From contig JASANG010003092.1 in the NCBI GenBank assembly GCA_030248215.1, positions 310,001-374,000 of the forward strand: a DNA stretch of 64,000 bases, read 5' to 3'. Position 1 is the stretch's first letter. The number at the start of each line of letters is the position of its first letter. Below are positions 39,226-50,373 of this stretch, in pieces. The notes beneath the pieces are model-generated. The model had not been told where the DNA came from. It did not search any database and was given only the letters and a program-made list of their open reading frames with translations. The DNA comes from Enoplolaimus lenunculus (taxonomy: Eukaryota). Made by a program: the position numbers and the translations under genes.

Positions 39226-42200
39226 TTATAGCAGCTGGATTTCTTGAGCACTAGTATCACAACCTTCGAATTGCTTCAGATGTATCTAGAATAAAAAACT
39301 TTTTAGAATTGGGGATGCTAGTTTTTCTACTGCCAGTAATTGAGTTCTTCAAAGACGCAGCATATTATGATATGTTCCTAGCTACATGAAATATTTTTGA
39401 AGCAGCGGCACTCACGATCACTAATAGTTGTCATAGCTATGTAGGTTCAAAGAAAAAATTAAGTGCAAGAACACAAATTACAAATGACTGAAAAACAACA
39501 CAATTTAAATTTTTTTATAACTTTAAAGATAACTCACGTGAAAGCTATGTATTTTACACTCACTCTAATATGCATGTTGACTTCAGCACTTCGACTCAAG
39601 TAAGGAAAACTGCCACCAGACTTAAGGCTTGCACGCTTTGCGTGAGGATACCCGATATGTACAGCGTCACGTGCTTCTGGTGTTAACGCGCATGCATCAA
39701 ATACCTGAAAAGTATAAACCAAAATGTTATTAACATTAAATAACAAACAAGATAATCAGAGTTCAACTTTTTTGGGTACTGCAGGCACTCAGGCAGGCAA
39801 AATCCATTTCCAAACCAAACTCTTGAATATTTTCGCGTTTTTCGATCGTTATCGAGGTGTGATAAGTAAAAAACGGGAAAAACAGAAAAATTATCGATTT
39901 TTGCAACAATATTGAAGTAGAAAATACTGGAAATTAGCTTAATGACTAATGAATATATATAATTTACACTCTACAGCCACAAATTTGGTACGGTATAATC
40001 AACAACCATCAAGTAAAGAACAAAACAATAAAAAAGAATTTTTAACCTGCCAAGAAAAGATATCAGGAGGTCAACGGACCAAATTATCATCGAGCAATAG
40101 AAAACTCATCATCCTGAATTAGCTATTTCTTGTACAAACCGTATTTACACATGTTCAAAAATAAATAAAAACAAAAGTTTCTTACATCAATAATGGTAAT
40201 AGGCAGGTCGGCAAGACGCCTTGTGTTGCAGTGGGAACGCGAGCAATTCAACGTCATACGCGATGCAAGTTGTGGCTGATTAAGGCTATCGAGCTGAAAC
40301 AGTAAGGGCGTCAATAGATAAAAAAAGAGGTGTCTACGCAACCCTCCATCTACTCAGTGAGATGCATCAAAAGCACAATCATAACAATGGTTATATTACG
40401 TGCATTGCAGTTCATTATCAATATTAATCTTTAGTAATCACTATCTCAACTTTCAGCATGTTAATAGTCTGAGCACAGGATGTATTCCTGCAACGGATAT
40501 TCGAGTTTGGCTTTTCCATAGTGCCATGTTAACCTCAGATGCGGTTGGGCTATTTATAGACACAATAGGAAAGATTCCAACTTTACATAGTTTGCGTGCA
40601 GTGTTATACTGCCACCTGCACTTAACTCAACTACGCTACGATTCAGTTAAGATTACATTTGAACATGGCTTTTCCTAATAACTTTTGTTAGCTATGTACC
40701 CTAAGTGCCTTAAAAATTCAATTTTAACGCCAAATTGAAACAGAACACATACACTTTCAACCATAAAATCAATTGACGCTGCTATCTCGCGATCTGCAGG
40801 CCTTCTTGAAAATCCGCTTAGTATCATACGTTTGATAATAACAGATGGCATTATCCAATACCTAGTTGAAAAATAACATAATTAAACATTATAGTAAAAC
40901 AGAAATAAATTGCAAAACAACGAACGACAATATATTTATATTAAACTAAGCGGCAAATTATGTAAAGCCACTGGTGCACTTAGTACAGCGCGCCCGGTAT
41001 GTTCGCATATAACAAACTGCAAATAGCGTGGAATTGTGTAACTCATGCTTTACAACAAATTACACTGAACCCAGTACATTAACATACATTCCAGCTATTT
41101 CATGCCGCTCAAAGATCGACGTATCCGAGAATGAGTTGCACAAAATCATCGAGACAACACGTGACCGGCCGTGTGACGATTCTGCGTATTTCTGGCACAA
41201 AAATCCGCCTAACGAAGCTCCGAATAGATGAATCTAAAGCAATTAAACTTAGATGTTATCCGGACACTATGCAAAGTGTAAACGAATAGTAAAAACAACG
41301 ATGCCAAATACAACTAAGGTATGCCAATATTCACCCCCTGATTTACATCTGTAAGGAAGTATTTTGTTTTGTCAAAGTACCCGTTTTAGACCAACATTTT
41401 GTTGCAAAATGCAACGTCCAGTCAAACAATGTGTTCCATACAACATAATAACTTCAAAAGGAACAGAAGTACATGTTTTACAATTTTTTTTATGAAAGAC
41501 AAAACCAACGTCTTATTCATCTTTTCAAGACGCACTAAAACTCAACAAACTAAAGCATTGCAGAAAAATTGGGCCCAACAAATTAACAACTAGCGCACGC
41601 CATGGGAATATCTATTTATTATTTAACATTTTAGATTCTACGATCCTTGTTCCGGAAGTTACCTTAGTTCCAGTGAACTTTGAAAGAATTTCAAATCCAC
41701 AGTGTAAACCTATGACAGCATTCATACCAAGGAGCCTATTAAGAAAAACAACCTACTTAAATGGTTTCAGCGGCCTACCTTATATACGCCAAGTTCGTTA
41801 AGAACTTTGGAAAGCGCAGCACAAAATGTAGAAACTTTCCAATACGGTGGAAATTCAGCCTGAAATAACCAAATAAAATCAATAACATGAAGTATATTAT
41901 CTGTACCAGTCGTAGTGGGACTACATTTATTGAGCGAAGCTCGAACATACGTAAGCAATTAAGGTAATATGCAAATTAGTTATTAGCTAATGATTCATTT
42001 ATCGGTTTTAAAGGTTTGTAAGCAATTTCCTCAGATTCCTCGCACCCAAAAACGCTTCAGCCACCCTATAATTTTTGGAATAATTTAAAATGTCCTAATT
42101 TTGTCTTGTCAATTAAGCTAATATGCAAATTAACTATTAGCTAACTATTCAATTATCGGGTTTGGAGGTTTTTAAACAATTTATTCAGATTCCTCGCACC

Positions 42201-45200
42201 CAAAAACCTTCAGTGAACCCTAAAAATTATTGAAATAATTTAAAAGTCCTAGTTTTGTCTTGTCAATTAAGTTAATATGCAAATTAGTTATTAGCTAACT
42301 ATTCAATTATCGGTTTTGGATGTTTGTAGACTATTTATTCAAATTCCATTAAAATAAAAACCCTTTAGTGCTGAAATTATATTGCTTTTAACCTTAATAA
42401 TTAGTGAAATATTGTAAAAAGTCCTAATTTAGGCTTATAACCTATGCTAATATGCAAATTATCTATTAGCTAACTGCTCAATCATCGGTTTTGGAGGTTT
42501 GTAAACAGTCTACGCAGATTCCTCGCACCCAAAAACCCTTTAATGCTAAAATTAGATTGCTTCTAACTGTAATAATTAGTGAAATATTGTGGAAAGTAGT
42601 AATTTAGGCTTAATTAATTATGCAAATTAGCCTGTAGCTAATAAACGGCTCAAAATTTTAAAACCCCAATGCGAGGTTAACACCCCAGGATAATTAGCTT
42701 TCAAACAAAAAAGTTTATCAAAATCGGTTCAGCCGTTCCTGAGATTCTTTTCGGACGGACAGACGGACATCCACCTTTCGACCCGCAAATACGAAACATA
42801 AAACGCTTCGCGAAACTCCGAGCTTCGCTCGGAGTTTCGCTTCGCTCAATAATAAAATAACAGCGAGATAGGTCGTTGCTGCGGTACATCTATTACTATC
42901 ACAAACTGCTTACGTATAGACCAGAATTCCTCATTCATGTTATTTTTAGTTCTGAATTACATATGTACGAGTATTACCCGTCGTAGTAGAACTACATGCA
43001 TTGACCAAAGCACGGACATACTTACTTTTTAATCAGCCTAATTAAAGATTTCAAACTTATAAAGCACAAACAAATCGTAATATAGGCTTATCAGTTAAGC
43101 TAATATGCAAATTGCTATTAGCTAACTATTTAAATATCGGTCTTGAAGGTTTGTAAATAATTTATTTCGACTGCTCCACCCAAAAACCCCTTAGCAGGGT
43201 GCAACCGGAATTACAATTTACCGGAACCGGAACCGGAATTTGAAAATTTTACCGGAACCGGAACCGGAACCGGAAAATGAAAAATGCATTTCACCAAAAA
43301 TTTCATTTTAATCTTATTTTTTGCTCTATTATTTGTGAAATAACCTTAGTCGAACACAGGTATTTATTTTATTTGTTGTATTTTAGATTTTCATCATCGA
43401 CTGAAGTGAAATCCACCATCAATGGCTTATATTCGGAGTACAAGTGGCTTTCAAAAGAGATTCTTAAAAATTTGCAATGTTAAGAAAACGGCCAAATTAT
43501 AATACCGGAATTTTTAAATCCGGTAAAAATTTACCGGAACCGGAACCGGAACCGGAAGGTGGAAAAATGCCGGAACCGGAACCGGAATTCCGGTTGCACC
43601 CTGCCCCTTAGTACTGAATTTGATTGCTTGTAAGCATCATAATCAGTTAAATAATTTAAAAAGTCCTAATTTTGGCTTAACTAATTAAGGTAATATGTAA
43701 ATTAGCTATTAGCTAACTGGAGGGACAGGCGGACGGACGGACATCAACATTTCGACCCCCGAGTACAAAACACAAAACGCTTCGCGAAACTCATAGCTTC
43801 GCTCGGAGTTTCGCTTCGCTAAATAAAATTGTACTAAACTTGTTTTAAATGGTGATAGGCTGACAGGCACTGTAAAAAGCGAACGTTGCGTTTATAAAAC
43901 ACTAAGCTGCTGGACAGTGAAGTCATTGCATCTAGATATTGATGAAGACTCAAATCAAATTTTGCAGAAGCCGATTACCGAAACCGATACTCACGTAAAC
44001 TGCAGATACTACAAATGCCCATAATTAGACACATTCGTAATTGTTTTTACTTAAAAAGTTGCGTACACCCTACAACTTACTGACATCACGCGATACCCGT
44101 GAGAACTGAGTGATAAAATCTGTTTGTAGAACACGTCCGCTGCTCCGCTAACAGGAGGTAAGAACATCAATGGGCATGCGACATCCCTCGGACCAGATTC
44201 ATAGATAACCCATTCTTTGCTTCTGCTGTCAAGTGGTGACACATCCTCATCAACAATAATCTTAAAACAAAATACAATTTACCAATATTACATCAGTGAT
44301 ATCACTATCAAATAGAAACGATGCACACTATCACACAACATAAAAAGGAACCTCTAATATAGCTCGCAACCCGAAATATACATGACGGAGGCATGTAGCT
44401 ACCTATGTGGACACTACTTTCTAATAATTTTTAAAATATTTGTCTCATCACAGATGGATCTATCCCTGTGGATGTTTCACGTTTTGCGTGCGTATGCGCA
44501 TCGAATTTCGAAAACGTATTAATAATAAAATTTTGAAAAAACATCGATAAAAAATTTTAAATGTTAATGGTTTCAGTAATATCAACATAATAATCAAGCA
44601 GCATTGTGTTTTATTGTATACCGTGTAGCTGTATAGAAACTAAGCTAGAAGCATCTAAACGGTCAGAATATCTATATCGAGCAAGTCTAGTTATATCCGT
44701 GGCTAGCTTTTCCCAGGCACGTAGACCAGGGTAGTTAAAAAAGTTCACATTTTGAATTCAGCAAAACAAAAGCGGTTCAAATTCGGTTTTGAAAAAGCTG
44801 AATCCAACAATATTAGGCATGCACATGCTTAGGTTTTTAAACAATTACAATTTAAAATAGCTTGTTATATAACTCAATATTTTTCCTTCCAGGTCACAAA
44901 CCTCAGAACTGAGGTCAGCCACGAAGTAAAATTGGTGTTTGCCAAAAAAAGTAGATTTGCTAGAACAATAATGTAAAGTCATCAGTTTTGCAGGTAGAAA
45001 AGCAAAGTTTCAATATTTATTAAATTTACCAGCGATCGATATATCGGAAAGTAACCAAGTGTAAGGTTCGGATTCAGATTCCGCAAATTTGTAATGGATT
45101 CGCTTAAATTGTGCATTCACTACCACCCTTCCGTTGACAGATCAACAACACGCTACACGGCTAAACATTTTTCAAGAGGAGCATGCAAGTACGTTAAATG

Positions 45201-45466
45201 ACTTACAAATGAGGCTGCACAGACACCTCTGGTTACGGTCGCGGGCGTTCGCTCGCACAATTTGCAAAACACGCCGTCAATTATAAAAAAGGGTTTCAGT
45301 TTTAAAAAACGCACTGAATAACGCAGTTATATTTTTGACAAAACCATAATCTATTCAACTGGTTGCATCTTGTAATTCAAAGCATACTCACCCGTTTCAG
45401 CGGCACACACGAACGAAAGCTTGCGTACTCCGGCAGTTTTTGCAACCGGCGATCTATGTGAGTCAT
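39226..45466 (-). CDS. SPG21: Maspardin (alpha/beta-hydrolase fold, ACP33), complete, 8 coding exons
   Basis: Exons 45466-45392, 44260-44081, 41859-41779, 41233-41088, 40861-40753, 40293-40186, 39704-39564, 39285-39226. Motifs [99 protein letters not shown] match maspardin. Confidence 0.96.
41955..42850 (+). mobile_element. DINE-1/Helentron-like non-autonomous element with 154-175 bp internal tandem repeats
   Basis: Five repeat units each containing ATGCAAAT, then AAATCGGTTCAGCCGTT, GGACGGACAGACGGACAT microsatellite and a perfect 14-bp terminal hairpin (42810-42840). A second shorter copy at about 43090-43822. Class assignment rests on layout only. Confidence 0.65.
43195..43603. mobile_element. 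hAT-type MITE with perfect 8-bp TSD
   Basis: 18-bp TIR CAGGGTGCAACCGGAATT, (CCGGAA)n subterminal repeats, TSD CCCCTTAG on both sides. Relatives at 61442-61847 and about 27750-28101. Confidence 0.92.
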
Positions 45467-46851
45467 TGTTTTCACTTCAAATCGCACGAATCAAGCGACA
45501 CCGAGATCAAATTCAGAACTTTTGGCTAAATTCAAACTTCAAACAACAGCACCAAAACTCTTTGGGCACAGTTTCGAGAAAAACAAAGTGTTAATTGATA
45601 ATAAGGCACAACGATATTGAGCGATGCATTATTGAAATCGAAGCTGTACACTGAACAATTCAAATGCGTATCCACTACATAATAGATTAACTATATGAAT
45701 TATTGTGCGTACTCCATAAATAAATAATAACACTAAAAACACTAAAATATTATACAGCGACAACTGTTATGCTATTTTCTGGTCAGAATAAGGTACAGGT
45801 GTTTCGATTACGTTTTAATGCGTACCCAACCCCCTTACCTCATGATAATTTCCGTGCCACAGCATTATTTCTATAAACAACGGGATTTTGTACACTTACC
45901 ACAGTCCAGTACAGTTTTCAAAAATTTTCAATTTTGGTATACCTTGGGTCAGGATTTAGCTAGTCACGATAAGGGAACGAGTGCCGAACGATGCATATAT
46001 AGAAACATTTGACAATCTTAGGAGTGGCAAAACCAAACACCAGGGTTGCAATAACGGTTTCAGATTTGGCAATAATTGAAAGCTTAGCTGCCGAATACCA
46101 ACGGGCGATACGTGAATGGTTTATATACACAATTGAGAGTTGAGACCGCTTAATCCAGCTTTAGACTGACGTGTCAGCAGTAAAAACAGAAAGAAAACAT
46201 CTTAGTTTTTTTAAATTAAAAATCAACACCAAAACAGCGTCATAAACCGTTTGAAAACAATACGGATTGCGAACGCAAATTCTATTGTATATAATTTCAG
46301 TATATAAATAATACTAATCACCTGAGATAGACAACGCAAACTTGTACGCAATTGTACAGGAAATCGTGCCGGCATTGGCCGGGCACCTACAAAGCTAAAC
46401 TTTATTCCCTTTTATTGGCGTAGCCAGGATTTTAGAAACGAGGGTTACGTTGTACAAAAATCTTAAGAATTTCTTGCGTTGCAAACTGATTCCGTGTCTA
46501 AAAACCCCTGAACAAAAATACAAAGCGGTACTTGCGACACCAAAAGCCACCCCAGACTATATATCTTGCCCCATTGTTGTAAGATAAGTTCATTTCGCAT
46601 TATACATTACAATGCTGACTGGCCTGAAGCGTCTGCGTTTGAGCACCAACTGAACGAAACTTCGAGAGCGCGAAATTGTGCGCGCTGGGGTATTCAGGCT
46701 CTTCAAAAATTTAGCTGGATCCAGCAGAACACTTGAAATGAACCTTGTTCTCCGATCCGGTCTTCCTTAATTAGGCTCGCTCAACACGACTATTGTGTAA
46801 GCTATAACGCTAAATCAAACTTATGGTTTGAAATGTACCAGTGACTTTGTA

Positions 46852-47275
46852 CTGTAGTGACCCGAAAAAGGGGACGATATTTATTTAGCATCTCCAGAGG
46901 GTACCTCCTCTTACTCGGTTACGGACTGTTATTTTCAACCCATCCGCCGCCACCCTTCGTTACACATATATATATCCGGTATTGAAACTCTCCGTTAAAT
47001 TAAACGTTTATATATTTGTCTTGTAATAAAATCTTCAGCGATAATGCAAGGTTGCACTTGGAAATTACTTTCAAAACATAAGTACGCTTTAAAGTTTCGA
47101 ACTCACCTTTATTCGGTCCTAGAGTCATTTATGCGCTACAATTAGGGATAATTGACACTTATGGACTCTAATTAGGGTTTAGGGACTCTATCCGCTTAAG
47201 GAATCTTATTAGAGATACGGACTCTTATTGATTGGGGCTCGAAATGGGGACCCCCTCTTATTCGGGTCACTACAG
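46852..47275. mobile_element. Tc1/mariner-type MITE
   Basis: TIR CTGTAGTGACCCGAA/TTCGGGTCACTACAG with TA flanks; homologous pieces at about 35125-35290 and, inverted, about 35750-35875. Confidence 0.85.
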
Positions 47276-49545
47276 TAAATAATAAAATTTACATGGCCAA
47301 CACAGACTGTCACACTTAAGACACAATTATTGCCTTAAGATGTACCAAACATCTATTAACTGTAGATAGTGAACTTAACGGAAACGGATATTTAAAAGCG
47401 TTTAAGTATAAAAAATATGGTCAATTTTTCAACCAATACAATTATTGCGGTAAGCAAATAGGGACTCGGTTACGTAAAAGTTCATAAAAAAAACTAGTGA
47501 ACGCACCAAATTATTAAAGGTTGTGGTCAAGTTTCACTATTTAGACCAATGCATAGAACAGGGCGGTAACAGTAGTACAAGTATGTAAAGCCTAAACAAA
47601 AAATTCTGTAAGCTGACGTTACAGCAGTCCCGCAGAAAAACGTTATAGCGGTCCCACAGAAAAACGTTGCACCCCTGAGCAAACATGGCCACTATTTCAA
47701 ACCGAACAACTTCGGCGAAAAAACCTGCATTGCTAGAACGGAGATATAAACGGTACCGCCCTGCATTAAACACCACAAGCAAGACAAAAACTTCACGAGA
47801 ATCCTTGAAGCACGTAGTATGATTGCTTGCGCGATCAGTGGCCCGTATTCACACCTGCCAATTTTTAAAAGGTTACGGTTTAACACAACATATATTCACT
47901 GGATTCCTAGCGCATAGCTATACATCGCCAAAGCAATATAATCAAAAGACCTTGCAAAATTTACTTAACACAAGCATGAAACAGTGTAAGAATAACATAA
48001 TTATGCAAAACGGATACCATCCATCATGGAACCGGACACAAAATCAATTGCCTTGAAATTTTAAGACTAATAGCCTTGAACAGCTCAGAAATTTGTGTCT
48101 GAACCGGTTAAAACAAATGTTATATTCAAGAAATTTATATACATTTTATAAGAAACCATTTTCTGTTTTTTTCAATAAATAGTTGTCTCATATTCAAGAA
48201 TTTATTTTCTGATGTTTAAGTATATAAAAAATTGCTCCGTTTTTATTCTGGAGAGTATATAAATAATCGAATTTCAAGGATATTTCGAGTTGAGCTCAGG
48301 CCCTCCAACCTAAATTTGCGTCCTGGATGTATCTCAAGTTGCAAAGTTAGGGATTTAGTTGAGCTTAATTCCCAAGTTTGAAAAATTTCTCATAATTTTG
48401 CAAAATTTATCTGTTTAGCGCGTTTCGTTCCACTTTTGTCACAATTTTTAGAAAAAATTTCGCAGATAATTTGCGTAAAGCCAAACAACGTAACAATGAT
48501 AGGTATATTGCAGATGTTGGCTAAAAGTAATTAACCATCATGTTTAATACCTAATTTCGCCTGACATCTGGCTCCGGCAGGTTTCGTTGGCCTCCGGCTC
48601 TGGTATTTTTCACCTCCGGTTGCACTCTGTCATATGCCTCAAAAAACCAGCAAAACAAGTCCTGATATTTCAGACACATTTCCCTTGCATTAAACAAATG
48701 TGGTACCTCCCTTTTTGGCACAATTTTTTTGAGGAAAAATTGCCTAGAATTCGCAAAGAATAAACGTAGAACCAAATGATTAAAGAAAATCTTATAGATA
48801 TTTGCTAAAATTTGCAAACTATGCATCATTTTAATTACCAAGTCTCGCCTCACTCCCGGCTTCGTCAAATTTTGTTGACGTTCGGTTCCGGTATTTTTAA
48901 AATCCGGTTGCACCCCAGCAAGACAGCGAGTAACTGATACCGGAAACTCCATTATTTCTATGCTCAAAATGAGTTATAAAGGACGCATATATCTGGAAAT
49001 TTTTCATTACATATATGCTGTAATTGTTCTATACTGAAATAAAAACCGCGAAGTTCATCCAAAATGTAAAACATTTCGATCTTCCAAAGCCAAGTGAACA
49101 TTATGCATACCTCACATCTCAATTGTGTTGACAGAAAAATAAAACATTTTTGAAGCTTTATACTTCAATAACAAGTCTGCAATATGTATTCAAAAATTCA
49201 TGTTAGATGCTCATTTTAGAAAATATCGGCAATTAGTGACCAATTTTTTAATTAAATTGCAGTATGCACCTCTTCTTAGATAGACTACACGGCAAGAGCA
49301 GCTTATAAAACCTGAAAACGTTAATTAATGCATAAAACACCACACAACACTAACAAGTACACACATACGTAGTAGTAATTATCAATTTGAGAAACTATTA
49401 AAATTTTGAAAATCGCAGCCAAACATTTACAAACGAACAATCTGACGGACGCAACTTGGAAATACGACAAAACTAAGCTACCGAAACTTCTGGAACCTCC
49501 GGCAAAATTTCTACCGGAGTCTAAAATCGATGCTATACCGGGAAA

Positions 49546-50218
49546 CGGAGGTAGAACTCCGGTTGTATTCTAGTATACTGGCACACTAGAGTGGAAGAGT
49601 GGTGTTTCTCCGCAGATCGATTTTCTACCGGAGGCAGCGGCAGAACTCCGGTTGTATTCTAGTATACTGACACATCATAGAGTGGTAGAGTGGTGTTTCA
49701 CCGCACATCGATTTTCTACCGGAGGCAGAGGTAGAACTCCGGTTGTATTCTAGTATACTGGCACATCATAGAGTGGTGTTTCTCCGCAGATCGATTTTCT
49801 ACCGGAGGTAGAGGTAGAACTCCGGTTGTATTCTAGTATACTGGCACATCATAGAGTGGTAGAGTGGTGTTTCACCGCAGATCGATTTTCTACCGGAGGC
49901 AGAGGCAGAACTCCGGTTGTATTCTAGTATACTGGCACATCATAGAGTGGTGTTTCTCCGCAGATCGATTTTCTACCGGAGGTAGAGGTAGAACTCCGGT
50001 TGTATTCTAGTATACTGGCACATCATAGAGTGGTAGAGTGGTGTTTCTCCGCAGATCGATTTTCAACCGGAGGCAGAGGTAGAACTCCGGTTGTATTCTA
50101 ATATACTGGCAAATCATAGAGTGGTAGAGTGGTGTTTCACCGCAGATCGATTTTCTACCGGAGGCAGAGGTAGAACTCCGGTTGTATTCTAGCATATCAC
50201 AGACTGGTGTTTCTCCGT
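49546..50218. repeat. 83/91-bp tandem repeat, about 7.5 copies
   Basis: GGTTGTATTC anchor at 49561, 49650, 49741, 49824, 49915, 49998, 50089, 50180 (spacings 89, 91, 83, 91, 83, 91, 91). Confidence 0.97.
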
Positions 50219-50373
50219 AAAATGTATAAAATTTTAAAAATGTTTGATTTCTGCCTAAAAAACTTCTTTTGATCCAATTACGTAATGTAAATTGTCTGCA
50301 ATCAACAGCCAAAAATGTATCAGAATGTCAACGCAGCACGTTATATAACCAAGTAAAATACCAACGTAACACA

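Noticed and set aside
39564..41233. Maspardin as an active hydrolase (GASLG nucleophile elbow)
   Set aside because: The catalytic His position reads GGSFPY; lack of a full triad is normal for this family.
49546..50312. CRISPR-like array or the coding ORF 50007-50312
   Set aside because: Plain tandem repeat without variable spacers; the ORF is a by-product of the repeat.
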